Assembly: GCA_016929445.1 (NCBI GenBank) | Contig: JAFGIU010000011.1 | Span: 43,068 to 107,067 of the forward strand | From: Candidatus Omnitrophota bacterium | GTDB taxonomy: Bacteria > Omnitrophota > Gorgyraeia > JAFGIU01 | Direction of reading: 5' to 3' | DNA length: 64,000 nucleotides | Shown: positions 1 through 9,912 of the stretch, one piece after another | Position numbering within the stretch: position 1 is the first letter of the stretch | Layout of the letters: the number at the start of each line of letters is the position of its first letter | Translations under genes and position numbers: made by a program | Notes under the pieces: model-generated | Databases searched by the model: none | What the model saw: the letters and a program-made list of their open reading frames with translations, nothing else | Told to the model about the DNA's origin: nothing

Positions 1-3000
1 AGCGGGAAGGTACGCGCCCCATCGGATACTTATCAAACTCAGAGGAGATTTTCCGTCTGCGTTGGAGTATCAGGCATCGCAGCCGGTTCCTCTTTGTAAC
101 TTAGCTCCGGGCAGCCGTCTGGCCGAATTGTATCAAAAGTTTGGAGTAGAAAAGACGGAACCCCTTTTCCGTCCCTCGATGAAAGATGTCTCTGCTTCGA
201 TGGCCCCTCAGTATGCGGAAGAATACCTCACACGGCAGGTGATGCTGAAGTTCCCTAAACGTGCAGAGCGGGTTCCGGAAGGGGTCGCCGCTCTTTCCAC
301 ATACCACGTGTATTGCTTGGAATTGCGGGAGGATGTGAAAGTAATGGAAGCTGTGAAGGCTTTTGCCTCGGATCCTCTGGTGGAATACGCCCAGCCGGAC
401 TACCAGGTGGAACTGGAATGGCTGCCAAAGGATGAGTATTTTTACACCAGTAACTCCTGGGGTCAAGACTATCCGGATTTGTGGGGATTAAAGGCAAACC
501 AGATGAACATGGAAGATGCTTGGGATATTACCCTGGGCAAGGGCACGGTCGTGGCGGTTGTGGACACGGGATTGGATTATACTCACCCGGATATTGCTGA
601 AAGCCTTTGGATAAATGAAGACGAGGTGCCCGCCAACGGAATAGACGACGATGGTAACGGATTTGTCGATGATATTCGTGGGTGGGATTTTGCAGGACGC
701 ACGTATGATGCTCCTCCGGACAACGATGTTATGGATTTCAATGGACATGGCACACACGTTTCGGGGACTATTGCGGCGCAAGCCAATGATGAAGGTGTTA
801 TCGGGGTGGCTCCCGAAGCCAAAATTATGCCGCTTAAGGGGTTTTGTGATAATGGCTCAGGGTACATTTCCATGTTGGCGGAGGCCATGGCGTATGCGGC
901 GGATAACGGAGCCGATGTCATGAATTGCAGCTGGAGTGGTCCTTCCTATAATATTCATGATTTTGTTGCGGAAAGTGCAGTGAATTATGCGATGACAAGG
1001 GGTTGTGTGGTGGTTTTTGCCGCTGCCAATGACTATGGTGCGGATGCGGGATTCATCAGCCCTCAAAATATGAGCTATCCGGACGCAAAACCCATTGTTG
1101 TATCAGCGAGTACTCCTTTCGACACACCGGCTGTTTTTACCAACGGAGGTTACGTAGTGGATGTCTGTGCTCCGGGTGGGGGAGAGCCCGACCTCCCCGG
1201 TGTCCACACATCTGTGTATAACATTTTGAGTTTGAAGGCTCGATACTTCAACCACTACTATGCAGAGTGGGTGGTGAATGAGAACCTGATACGGCTGGCA
1301 GGCACCTCCATGGCCGCACCGCATGTCAGCGGTTTGGCGGCGCTTGTTCTTGCGAAGAATCCGGATTTGAATGTGGATCAGGTTCGGCAGACGATTCGAG
1401 CCGGCGCACGGGACATCTTTCAGGAGGGTCAGGATTTTCTAACGGGTGTGGGGTGTGTTAATGCCCCGGCCACGCTCGATTGCCCTTTGCCTCCGGAGTG
1501 TTGCATCCATAGTCCATTTGCCGACGGTTCGGTGACACCCGTTGGAGAGTTGAGGATTACCGGAACGGCTTCAGGACCAGGATTTGAGGTTTACCTACTG
1601 AGGGTGGCTTCCTTGGACTCTGCAACACATGATTGGACCTATTTGGCTGAGAGTGTTTTGCCTGTGCAAAACGGTTTGTTGGGTGTGTGGAATGTTGGAG
1701 GGTTGCCTATTGGCTCGTATGGATTGGAACTCACTGTGAAGGGGGCTAAAGATAAGTCATACACGGAATTCAAACGAGTTATTGTGGAGCCTTCTTTTGA
1801 AGTGATTCCCTTTCCGGCAGCTATGTACTCTGTTTTTGGCAACTCCATGGCTGTTGTGCATGGAGCTCCGGTGGGCCATTACAGCGGATACAACGGTTTT
1901 GAGATCAGTCTTGTGGATCTGAGCACGAAACAGAAGCAGGTTCTGCAAAGGACGACCAACTATATAAACGGACTTGCGTATGCGGGTAACGCATTATTCT
2001 ATTTAGAAGAAAGCCGGGGGCTTGTGAAGCGAGATATGGAGGATGGCCGGGAAGAGCTGTTAATGCGATGCCATAGTCTAGCCCGAGACCTGGTCTATTC
2101 GGATGGACGATTAGCGTTCGTTGACGTAGAAAATTCTCAAAACCCAGGCGAGGTTTTTGTTTATTACGTGACACTTTTGGATCTTGCCACAGGCGCAATG
2201 ACCCGTTTGCAGCCCAATCCCACTATGGAATACGCGCGGCTGGCGATCTCAGACAAGTATCTTGTCTGGAATGCATTTGATTTTGACGCGCGAAGACATC
2301 GGCTGTGGCTGTATTCTCTGGAGACTCAGCAGGGGCGGTGGCTCCTTGAAAATGAGGAGCACCAAGCCTATGCCGCGATGGATGGAGACAAAATAGCTTT
2401 CAAAGGGTATGTGAAAAACGTCAACGAGGGTTCATCTCATGCCCATCAATTTCTTGCAGGTGAGTCACGCATCTGTTTGCTGGATATCGAATCAGGGAAT
2501 ATTGAGGATTTGACGGATGAGAAGTCCGAAACACACCCTCCGGCCATTGGCGATGGTTGGGTTGTATGGGAGGTGGTCTGCAGCGGGATGAATTCGGATC
2601 TCTATGGTTTCAATATGAAATCAGGCAAGACAGAAAGGCTGACTGCTTATCCTCTGCCGCAGTTTTGGGCGAATATCAATGGTGGCAGGTTATTTTACTC
2701 GGATATTCGTGCAGGTTTGTTTTGTGACACAGGGTATTACGTGCATTACCAGATATTATCCGGGATGGATCTGTCTATCGGGACCCTTGCTCTGCTCGAT
2801 CCCCGGACAAATGAGTCTCTTGAAGCGGGAGACATTTGGGAGGGGGATGCGGCCAGGGCAGAAGCAACCGTGACCTGGATTGGCGAGAATGATTCAGGCC
2901 CTTTTCAGTGCCGTTGGGATTGGAATGATGAGGGAGATACTCCCGGACCGGCGTTTTCGAGAGTCGTAAATGTTGACAATATGGCACCCGGAGACGAACA

Positions 3001-5302
3001 AACCTTTGAGTTTTTAAGGGACTGCCTCGGCGCGGGAGAACATACCGTGAGTTTTGAGGTAGACATTGCTCAGGTGGTCTCGGATCCAGATCAAACCAAC
3101 AATAAGAGGGAACGAAGGTTTGTGGTTCGGAAGAAGCTTTCGGATTTGGTTCCGGAAAAAATTGAATTTTATGCACAGGAATCAGGGTTACAGGTTTTGC
3201 CCATGCCCGGGCAACCCCTTTTCTTGCGCGTGCCTGTCCTCAATAAAGGGGCAGGTAATAGTGGGGAATTCAAAATGGAATGGGCCCTTACGGGTCAGTC
3301 CTCCAGCTGGGCGAAGATAACGGCATATCCCAACTTGGCGAGTGGAGAAATCTCCACCGGAGAGCAGGCTCAGGTGAGCTGGATTCCTCAAGCGGGAGTG
3401 TACAAACTCAGCGTTCAAGCAGACAGCCAGAGGACGGTAGAAGAATCGGATGAAACAAACAATGAAAGACTGCTCTTTCTTGATATTTCGGACACGCCGC
3501 TAGTGGACTTGGCTGTAGAGGGGCTGCAGTACCTGGCCCCGCCAGGGGTAAGTCCGGGAGGACCCAAGCCTGGGGAAAGAGAGAGTTTTTTGGTGACGGT
3601 GCGCAATGCGGGAGCGCAGTTGGTGAAGTCAGTATCCCTCTCATGGTTTTTTGATGACCGGCTTGTTGGTGTGGCTGAAGCACAGTTGCTGTTTCCGGGT
3701 GGCGTGACCCAGCTTGTTGTTGAGGTCCGGATGCCCCTTGAAGGCGGTTTGCATCAACTGAAAGCACATCTGGATCCGGAGAACAGAGTGATCGAGGGTT
3801 ACGAGAGCAACAACGTTGCTGTGTTGAACATGGATTTGCCGGTGCCGAACCAGCGGCCTCATGCGGTAGCGTTGTTGACGCCGCTCAGAGGCGATGCGCC
3901 TCTGAGTGTGCGCTTTGATGCCTCGCAGAGTACGGATCCGGAAGGTGAAAAACTGCGTTATTGGTGGAGCTTCGGGGATGAAGCCGATAGCCCTTACAGC
4001 GAGTCGATTTCTGGACTCCACACCTTTATGGAGGAAGGATTTCATGCGGTGACCTTGATGGTGACGGATCCCGGTGGGTTGAGTTCCAAACAAACGCAGA
4101 CAATTAAGGTGAGTCCTCCGGCCGCGCCGTTTTTGTGGAGATTCGATCAGGATGGCGACATGGAAGGGTGGAGCACGTATCGAATGCTGGACGTTCGGGT
4201 TCAAGAGGGATCATTGCAGGGTGCATCCAGACACACGTGGGCTCACACCTACAGCCTGTCGAATCTGGGACTTCCGGCAGCCGAGTACGGCAACTTGTTT
4301 CTGAGATATGAGGTGGGGTCCACGCGCAGCAAGGCGACCCTGAAATTGCGCTGGATCACGGAATCCGACACCGTGTGGAACGATGCGAAGCAGGTATATT
4401 TTGAATACACTCCCGGAACCTGGCAGGACGTGCGGATTGATCTCTCAAATCACGCGGAGTGGAAAGGGACAATCCGGCAGTTCCGAATCTACCCCATTAT
4501 CCAGGTGGAGCCAGGAGAACAGATTAGCTTTTCCATCGACAAGATCCAATTTATGCGCACGGGCGAGGAAGATTTGGTTGAGGAGGGAGTTTTTGTGGCG
4601 GGGCCTTTGCAGGGTACCGGCAAGATTCTGCAGTTTGAAGTGGGAGACACTCATACGTGGGGCGCAGATTTCCTCAACAAAACTGCTCATTATCAGCGGG
4701 TGGCCGTAAGCCTTTTTGTGAAAGACGGAGGGGCGGCCTTGATCGACTACAGAATCCACACCAGCAACTGGGTTTCGGTGGGGCCCTGGAAGACAGTGCG
4801 TGCTGAAATCCAGCACACCTTCCTCGGGAAAGCCGGGTACTCAGATGTGATTCTGATTGCTCAAGTGCAGCACTTCAGTAGCCCCGGAGGCTGCGACATC
4901 ATTGCTGAGAGTCTGCCGATGCAGATCGAGGTCACAGACCCGTATGGAGCGGGTACTGTGACCGCAGAAGGTTTTGAGGGTGGTTGGAATTGGAATTTGA
5001 AGGTGGGCGAAAGCGCCCGGTGGGCAGCGAAGTTCAAAAATACCACCAGTGGCGTCAAGTATGTGGCGGCGAGCCTGTTTTATCCTAACGGCCAGGCGGT
5101 GGTGATGGACTCTAAGATGCACACGAGCTACTGGGTGGAGATCCGGCCGCAGCAGACGGTGACGGCGGAGTTTCGTCACACATTCGCGAGCCCGGGTGTT
5201 TATGAGAATGTGATTCTCAAAGCCCAGATCCAAGATTCCAGTGTGGACTCCGGATGGAGAACAATTGGCGAGACGGCGCCGTTCAGAATCGAGGTCGAAT
5301 GA
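1..5302 (+). CDS. Subtilisin-like serine protease (peptidase S8), 5'-partial at the window edge. Domain order: I9-like propeptide, S8 catalytic domain, beta-propeller-like region, CARDB-like repeats, PKD domain, a roughly 150-aa domain shared with the 6364..7665 protein, and two tandem C-terminal ~115-aa repeats.
   Basis: The frame is open from nt 2 with no stop, so the true start lies upstream of the window; the first in-window start candidate is TTG at 62. The catalytic triad motifs are all present: VVAVVDTGLD (Asp), DFNGHGTHVSGTIAA (His), GTSMAAPHVSGLAALVL (Ser). The I9-like propeptide reads AFASDPLVEYAQPDY. The PKD-like segment reads SVRFDASQSTDPEGEKLRYWWSFGD...HAVTLMVTD. The two C-terminal repeats begin HTSNWVSVGPWKTVRAEIQHTF and HTSYWVEIRPQQTVTAEFRHTF. 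Confidence 0.85.
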   Translation, partial: AGRYAPHRILIKLRGDFPSALEYQASQPVPLCNLAPGSRLAELYQKFGVEKTEPLFRPSMKDVSASMAPQYAEEYLTRQVMLKFPKRAERVPEGVAALSTYHVYCLELREDVKVMEAVKAFASDPLVEYAQPDYQVELEWLPKDEYFYTSNSWGQDYPDLWGLKANQMNMEDAWDITLGKGTVVAVVDTGLDYTHPDIAESLWINEDEVPANGIDDDGNGFVDDIRGWDFAGRTYDAPPDNDVMDFNGHGTHVSGTIAAQANDEGVIGVAPEAKIMPLKGFCDNGSGYISMLAEAMAYAADNGADVMNCSWSGPSYNIHDFVAESAVNYAMTRGCVVVFAAANDYGADAGFISPQNMSYPDAKPIVVSASTPFDTPAVFTNGGYVVDVCAPGGGEPDLPGVHTSVYNILSLKARYFNHYYAEWVVNENLIRLAGTSMAAPHVSGLAALVLAKNPDLNVDQVRQTIRAGARDIFQEGQDFLTGVGCVNAPATLDCPLPPECCIHSPFADGSVTPVGELRITGTASGPGFEVYLLRVASLDSATHDWTYLAESVLPVQNGLLGVWNVGGLPIGSYGLELTVKGAKDKSYTEFKRVIVEPSFEVIPFPAAMYSVFGNSMAVVHGAPVGHYSGYNGFEISLVDLSTKQKQVLQRTTNYINGLAYAGNALFYLEESRGLVKRDMEDGREELLMRCHSLARDLVYSDGRLAFVDVENSQNPGEVFVYYVTLLDLATGAMTRLQPNPTMEYARLAISDKYLVWNAFDFDARRHRLWLYSLETQQGRWLLENEEHQAYAAMDGDKIAFKGYVKNVNEGSSHAHQFLAGESRICLLDIESGNIEDLTDEKSETHPPAIGDGWVVWEVVCSGMNSDLYGFNMKSGKTERLTAYPLPQFWANINGGRLFYSDIRAGLFCDTGYYVHYQILSGMDLSIGTLALLDPRTNESLEAGDIWEGDAARAEATVTWIGENDSGPFQCRWDWNDEGDTPGPAFSRVVNVDNMAPGDEQTFEFLRDCLGAGEHTVSFEVDIAQVVSDPDQTNNKRERRFVVRKKLSDLVPEKIEFYAQESGLQVLPMPGQPLFLRVPVLNKGAGNSGEFKMEWALTGQSSSWAKITAYPNLASGEISTGEQAQVSWIPQAGVYKLSVQADSQRTVEESDETNNERLLFLDISDTPLVDLAVEGLQYLAPPGVSPGGPKPGERESFLVTVRNAGAQLVKSVSLSWFFDDRLVGVAEAQLLFPGGVTQLVVEVRMPLEGGLHQLKAHLDPENRVIEGYESNNVAVLNMDLPVPNQRPHAVALLTPLRGDAPLSVRFDASQSTDPEGEKLRYWWSFGDEADSPYSESISGLHTFMEEGFHAVTLMVTDPGGLSSKQTQTIKVSPPAAPFLWRFDQDGDMEGWSTYRMLDVRVQEGSLQGASRHTWAHTYSLSNLGLPAAEYGNLFLRYEVGSTRSKATLKLRWITESDTVWNDAKQVYFEYTPGTWQDVRIDLSNHAEWKGTIRQFRIYPIIQVEPGEQISFSIDKIQFMRTGEEDLVEEGVFVAGPLQGTGKILQFEVGDTHTWGADFLNKTAHYQRVAVSLFVKDGGAALIDYRIHTSNWVSVGPWKTVRAEIQHTFLGKAGYSDVILIAQVQHFSSPGGCDIIAESLPMQIEVTDPYGAGTVTAEGFEGGWNWNLKVGESARWAAKFKNTTSGVKYVAASLFYPNGQAVVMDSKMHTSYWVEIRPQQTVTAEFRHTFASPGVYENVILKAQIQDSSVDSGWRTIGETAPFRIEVE

Positions 5303-5364
5303 GGGCTGTGCCATTCGCGAAACCGGAGGAATTCTTCCTTGCCTTATTCCAGGCGAGAGCCGGC

Positions 5365-5721
5365 TCAAAAAGTAATAACCTTGTCGCTGTCAATAACCCA
5401 CTCCGCCAATTCAGGCATTGTAGATTTTACCGCCCCATCAAAATACGGATGGTTCTTGTAGATGCCGCATCTTGCCATGCAAGTTCCACAGACCTTGACA
5501 GCAACACCCTTGGCAATAAGGTCTTTAAGCATTTGGGACAAGTCTTGGTCGTAGCCTTCAGGCGGCTTGCAAACATCGCGGGCCATATCAACCGAGTCGT
5601 TCATCAGAAACAATCTGACCTCATGTCCTGATTCGGTCAACTTGGCGGCCAAACGCAGACCGTTCCAGGTCACATCGGTGTTGTCGTAGGGCTCACGGTT
5701 AAAGATTACCAGCACTTTCAT
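5365..5721 (-). CDS. DsrE/DsrF-like (sulfur-relay-like) family protein
   Basis: 118 aa. Fold-like pattern MKVLVIFNREPYDNTDVTWNGLRLA...KVCGTCMARCGI, typical of DsrE/TusD-like small proteins. Assignment is by recalled family resemblance only. Confidence 0.55.
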   Translation of the reverse strand: MKVLVIFNREPYDNTDVTWNGLRLAAKLTESGHEVRLFLMNDSVDMARDVCKPPEGYDQDLSQMLKDLIAKGVAVKVCGTCMARCGIYKNHPYFDGAVKSTMPELAEWVIDSDKVITF

Positions 5722-5771
5722 TCGTTTGTCTCCTTTCCTGGGCGGCTTGAGGCTAATCCTTGCTTTTAAGT

Positions 5772-6146
5772 CTATTTCAACGCTTCTTCCACGGCGCGGA
5801 GAACACCCGGAACGCCGGCTGATTTCGGGATTGCCGGACTTGTTCCCACAAGATCCCCCAGGCCGGTTTCTTCTCCCTCTTGTGCCATATCGGTGACAAA
5901 GATAATACGAACGTCCCTCAAATCCTCTTCGGCTCTCAGATGTCTGGCAATGCTGCCGCCGTCTTCATAGGGCATCAAATAGTCAATCAAAATGAGATCC
6001 GGTTTGAAAGCAAGCGCAGCAGGCAAGGCTTGTGTCGCTTCATTCACCGCCTGTACTGCATACTTGCCTGTGGCTTCCAGGGCAGCGCCGACAGCCTCTG
6101 TGATCCCGGGGGAGTCATCGACCAACAGAATTTTCTTTTTGTCCAA
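5772..6146 (-). CDS. Single-domain response regulator (CheY-like receiver)
   Basis: KILLVDDSPGITEAV...PDLILIDYLMPYEDGG...IIFVTD. Carries the receiver Asp pocket and the conserved Lys region. No output domain. Confidence 0.8.
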   Translation of the reverse strand: MDKKKILLVDDSPGITEAVGAALEATGKYAVQAVNEATQALPAALAFKPDLILIDYLMPYEDGGSIARHLRAEEDLRDVRIIFVTDMAQEGEETGLGDLVGTSPAIPKSAGVPGVLRAVEEALK

Positions 6147-6363
6147 GCCTCAAGCTCCTGGCGTTCAAAAACCCAACGGAGTCCTATCCCGTTTATTCGC
6201 AGTATTCTAGCACGGTCTTTAACCACTTGCCGGGGATACTGGATTCTCTTCGAAAACCTGCGATATGATCTATGTCAGGTTGCTAAGTCCGCAATGGGCG
6301 TGTAATAGGGGCTCGCTGAATTGCTGATGTGATATGCAGGATCTGGCAGGAGGAGAGTTAATT

Positions 6364-7665
6364 ATGCATACATCTTCGAGGTTTCTGGTAATGCTGATTG
6401 CTTTTTGCTCGCTCAGTTTAAGTGCGAGTGTGGAGTCTGCCATGGGCTATGAATGGGTTAAGGAGAGTGGAATCAGAGTGATACATGACCTGTCCAAGTA
6501 TCAGCAGGCATCTCCTTCAGTAGTCCGGTTGGGCAATGGGTCGTACAGGATGTACTACTCTGAAGCTCCCCTGCGAGGACTCATGTATGTGGTGAGTGCG
6601 GTGTCCAGCGACGGGTTGCACTGGACAAAAGAACCCGGCATAAGGGTGGGGGGAGAGACTGCCGTTGCAACATATCCGGATGTGGTGACATTAGCCGATG
6701 GGTCTTACCGGATGTACTTTCACAGAAACAGAGTTGGAGGCGGACACCAAATCTACAGTGCGGTTTCTGATGAGGGCTTGTACTGGACTGAGGAGGGTAT
6801 TTTGCTTGTGGACTATGGGGCCATTCCGGACGTAGTCCAACTGCCGGATGGAAACTACAGAATGTATTTTTACTCCCAGTCACAAGAAGCTCTTCTGAGT
6901 GCAATATCCCCCAATGGGCTGGACTGGACCGTGGAGGCCGGTACCCGGTTAACGGTTTTGGACGGTGCCTACACATGCGATGTACACATTGAGGCGGACG
7001 GACGTTTTCGTATGTACCTCGGATCCAGGGGCGGCACAGATACGATTGGCTTTATCAGTAGTGCCGTATCCCAAGACGGGCTGAACTGGGAGTTGGAGCG
7101 GGATTTGAAAATCGACAATGGCGCAATGCCTGAGGTCCTGAGAATGCCCGATGGTCTCTTACGCATGTACTACATTCGCAATAACTGGGACATTGCCAGC
7201 GCGGTTGCTTTGGGCACCGGAGGCCCCCAACCCGCAGGAGTCGCGTGGGAGTTTAATACCGAGGGAGATGCGGAAGGATGGGCTCCCATTCGCGGACTTG
7301 GTTCGGTGCAGGTCAGCGGAGGTTTTTTGCGGGCTGTTGTCACGGACACCAACCCGCATTTGCGCACCGGGGCCGGGAGCCAGCTTGACGCAAGCGAGTA
7401 TCAGACTTTGCGCCTGGGTTACACGTTGACGAGTTCCGATTCACAGGCTCAATTTATGTGGGGTCCGGAGGGAGTGATGCCCGGAAGCGGCGGACGATGG
7501 ATCAGTTTTGATGTGATTGCAGACGGGGTTTCACGGGAGGCGGTGGTCGATCTGAGCCGGAATCCTGCCTGGACCGGAATTGCCGACCGTTTTCGCCTGG
7601 ATCCTCTGCACCGGCCTGAAATCGGGGATTCCGTCGCGATTGACTATATCCGGATCGAAGAATAA
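6364..7665 (+). CDS. Secreted BNR/Asp-box repeat beta-propeller protein (sialidase/glycoside-hydrolase-like) with a C-terminal ~150-aa domain shared with the S8 protease
   Basis: RBS AGGAGG 10 nt upstream of ATG 6364. Signal peptide MHTSSRFLVMLIAFCSLSLSASVESA. Four Asp-box motifs: SSDGLHW, SDEGLYW, SPNGLDW, SQDGLNW. Five blade-like repeats ending DGSYRMYF / DGNYRMYF / DGRFRMY / DGLLRMYY. The C-terminal WEFNTEGDAEGW...IDYIRIEE segment is homologous to the protease segment WRFDQDGDMEGW...IDKIQFMR. Confidence 0.65.
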   Translation: MHTSSRFLVMLIAFCSLSLSASVESAMGYEWVKESGIRVIHDLSKYQQASPSVVRLGNGSYRMYYSEAPLRGLMYVVSAVSSDGLHWTKEPGIRVGGETAVATYPDVVTLADGSYRMYFHRNRVGGGHQIYSAVSDEGLYWTEEGILLVDYGAIPDVVQLPDGNYRMYFYSQSQEALLSAISPNGLDWTVEAGTRLTVLDGAYTCDVHIEADGRFRMYLGSRGGTDTIGFISSAVSQDGLNWELERDLKIDNGAMPEVLRMPDGLLRMYYIRNNWDIASAVALGTGGPQPAGVAWEFNTEGDAEGWAPIRGLGSVQVSGGFLRAVVTDTNPHLRTGAGSQLDASEYQTLRLGYTLTSSDSQAQFMWGPEGVMPGSGGRWISFDVIADGVSREAVVDLSRNPAWTGIADRFRLDPLHRPEIGDSVAIDYIRIEE

Positions 7666-7804
7666 CGGCCCCAGCCGTACATTAACAAGGGAGGCTTGAT
7701 CCCTGGGTCTGGTGTCTCTATACTAGAGGGCTTTAGCGGAATTCTTCCGTCGGACAAACTTTCTCGAGTAAAGAACAGGAATACTTAAGCCAAAGGAGTT
7801 TCTG

Positions 7805-8884
7805 ATGTCGAATAAGGTGAGTGGCGTAGCCCCGGCCGGGGTTGTGACAGGAAAAGCGGTGCAGGAGATCTTTGCTGTGGCAAAGGCTAACAATTTTGCC
7901 CTGCCTGCCGTGAACGTGGTGGGGTCCAACTCCGCTAATGCTGTGATGGAGGCGGCCAAGGCGGTCAATTCTCCGGTAATCATCCAGTACTCCAGTGGCG
8001 GGGCCGGCTTTAACGCGGGGAAAGGTCTGAAGATGGAGAACCTGCAGGCCGAAGTCCTGGGCGCGGTTGCCGGCGCCGAGCACATCCACCGCCTGGCCGG
8101 AGCTTACGGGGTTTCGGTGATTCTGCACACAGACCATGCGGCCAAGAAGCTGCTGCCCTGGATCGACGGGCTGCTGGAAGCCGGAGAAACGCGTTTTGCC
8201 GAGACGGGTAAGCCGCTGTTTAGCTCTCACATGCTGGATTTGTCCGAGGAAAGCCTGGAAGAAAATATTTCAATCTGCGAAAAGTATCTGGCCCGCATGA
8301 GCAAAATCGATATGACCCTGGAGATTGAACTGGGTTGCACCGGCGGTGAAGAGGATGGGGTGGACAACACGGGCATGGACAATTCTCTGCTCTATACCCA
8401 ACCCGAAGACGTGGCATTTGCTTACGAGCGCTTGAACAAGATCAGCGAGCGGTTCACGGTCGCGGCTTCCTTCGGCAATGTTCACGGCGTGTACAAGCCG
8501 GGCAATGTGAAGCTGACCCCGAAGATTCTGCTGAATTCCCAGAAGTATATTCAGGAGAAGTTCGGGACCGGCCCGAATCCCGTGAACTTTGTGTTCCACG
8601 GTGGATCCGGCTCCAGCCGGGAAGAGATCCGTGAGGCGATCTCCTACGGGGTCATCAAGATGAATATCGATACGGACACGCAGTGGGCCACGTGGGAAGG
8701 TGTGATGAACTACTACAAGGCCAATGAAGCTTATTTGCAGGGCCAGATCGGCAACCCCGACGGGGAAGACAAGCCCAACAAGAAATACTATGATCCGCGC
8801 AAGTGGCTGCGTGAGGGCGAGGTTTCGATGATCAAGCGTCTGAAAGTCGCCTTTGAAGACCTCAACGCCTTGGACCGCAACTAG
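7805..8884 (+). CDS. fbaA: Fructose-bisphosphate aldolase, class II (long form)
   Basis: 359 aa, the same length as E. coli FbaA. N-terminal KAVQEIFAVAKANNFALPAVNVVGSNSANAVMEAAKAVNSPVIIQYS. HTDHAAK metal-binding region and FHGGSGS motif present. Confidence 0.9.
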   Translation: MSNKVSGVAPAGVVTGKAVQEIFAVAKANNFALPAVNVVGSNSANAVMEAAKAVNSPVIIQYSSGGAGFNAGKGLKMENLQAEVLGAVAGAEHIHRLAGAYGVSVILHTDHAAKKLLPWIDGLLEAGETRFAETGKPLFSSHMLDLSEESLEENISICEKYLARMSKIDMTLEIELGCTGGEEDGVDNTGMDNSLLYTQPEDVAFAYERLNKISERFTVAASFGNVHGVYKPGNVKLTPKILLNSQKYIQEKFGTGPNPVNFVFHGGSGSSREEIREAISYGVIKMNIDTDTQWATWEGVMNYYKANEAYLQGQIGNPDGEDKPNKKYYDPRKWLREGEVSMIKRLKVAFEDLNALDRN

Positions 8885-8909
8885 TCCATTTCCAGGACGG
8901 TTTTGAGAC

Positions 8910-8950
8910 GGGGTGGCAGTCGCCTTGAGCGATTGCTGCCCCGTTTTCTT
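8910..8950 (+). terminator. Candidate intrinsic terminator downstream of fbaA
   Basis: CGGGGUGGCAGUCGC, loop CUUGAG, GCGAUUGCUGCCCCG (about 15 bp including 3 G-U wobbles), followed by UUUUCUU. Confidence 0.45.
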
Positions 8951-9012
8951 ACGGGACGGTATTAAGGTGCACAGGTTGATTTAGAGCACAAGACAAAGGG
9001 ACAGGAAAATCA

Positions 9013-9846
9013 ATGCGAACAACGACACCACGATACATTATTGTTCTCGTGTGCTTTCTGTGCGCATCTTGCGCTACGGTGCCCTTAACGGGCAGAAGGC
9101 AACTGGCTTTGATTTCGAATCAAAGCCTGCTTTCCATGAGTTACCGGCAATACGATGAATTTCTGAAGGCCAATAAGCTCAGCGGGGATCAGACTCAAAC
9201 ACAGCGGGTCAAGTCCGTGGGACAGAGGATACAACAGGCTGTTGAAAGATATATGGCGGCCAACAATTTGGCGGATGAATTGAGAGACTACGAATGGGAA
9301 TTTAATCTGGTGGAGAATGAGGAAGCCAATGCATGGTGCATGCCGGGCGGGAAGGTGATGGTCTATACGGGGATCTTGCCGGTTACCAAAGATGAGGACG
9401 GATTGGCTGTGGTGATGGCCCATGAGATCGCCCATGCGATTGCCCGTCACGGAGACGAGAGAATGAGCCAGGGATTGCTGACGGAACTCGGAGGGGTGGC
9501 TCTCTCTTCCGCTTTAGAGAAGCAGACGGAAAAGACCAAAAAGATTTGGATGACAGCCTTTGGAGTGGGGACGCAGTTCGGGGTTCTATTGCCGTATAGC
9601 CGGCTCCAGGAAAACGAAGCGGACCGGTTGGGATTGATCTTCATGGCAATGGCCGGGTTTGATCCGCATGCGGCAGTGGCCTTCTGGGAAAGAATGTTGC
9701 AGAAAAAGGACGGACAGCCGGATATTGAGTTCCTGAGCACCCACCCCTCCGGCCAAACACGCATTCAAAATATCAAGGCCGCAATTCCCGAAGCAATGCA
9801 ATATCGAACTCAGGCTCCACCTATGGGTGGTTTTAGCGCTCAGTGA
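9013..9846 (+). CDS. M48-family zinc metallopeptidase lipoprotein (Ste24/HtpX/LoiP-like)
   Basis: Lipobox LCASC in MRTTTPRYIIVLVCFLCASCAT. HExxH motif in VVMAHEIAHAIARHG. Downstream Glu ligand region NEADRLGL. Confidence 0.8.
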   Translation: MRTTTPRYIIVLVCFLCASCATVPLTGRRQLALISNQSLLSMSYRQYDEFLKANKLSGDQTQTQRVKSVGQRIQQAVERYMAANNLADELRDYEWEFNLVENEEANAWCMPGGKVMVYTGILPVTKDEDGLAVVMAHEIAHAIARHGDERMSQGLLTELGGVALSSALEKQTEKTKKIWMTAFGVGTQFGVLLPYSRLQENEADRLGLIFMAMAGFDPHAAVAFWERMLQKKDGQPDIEFLSTHPSGQTRIQNIKAAIPEAMQYRTQAPPMGGFSAQ

Positions 9847-9912
9847 GGCGTAGAATGCCCGTGTGTCGGAAAAGAGGTTTCGCGGGGGAGTCTTAAAAAG
9901 GGAGGCAATCCG

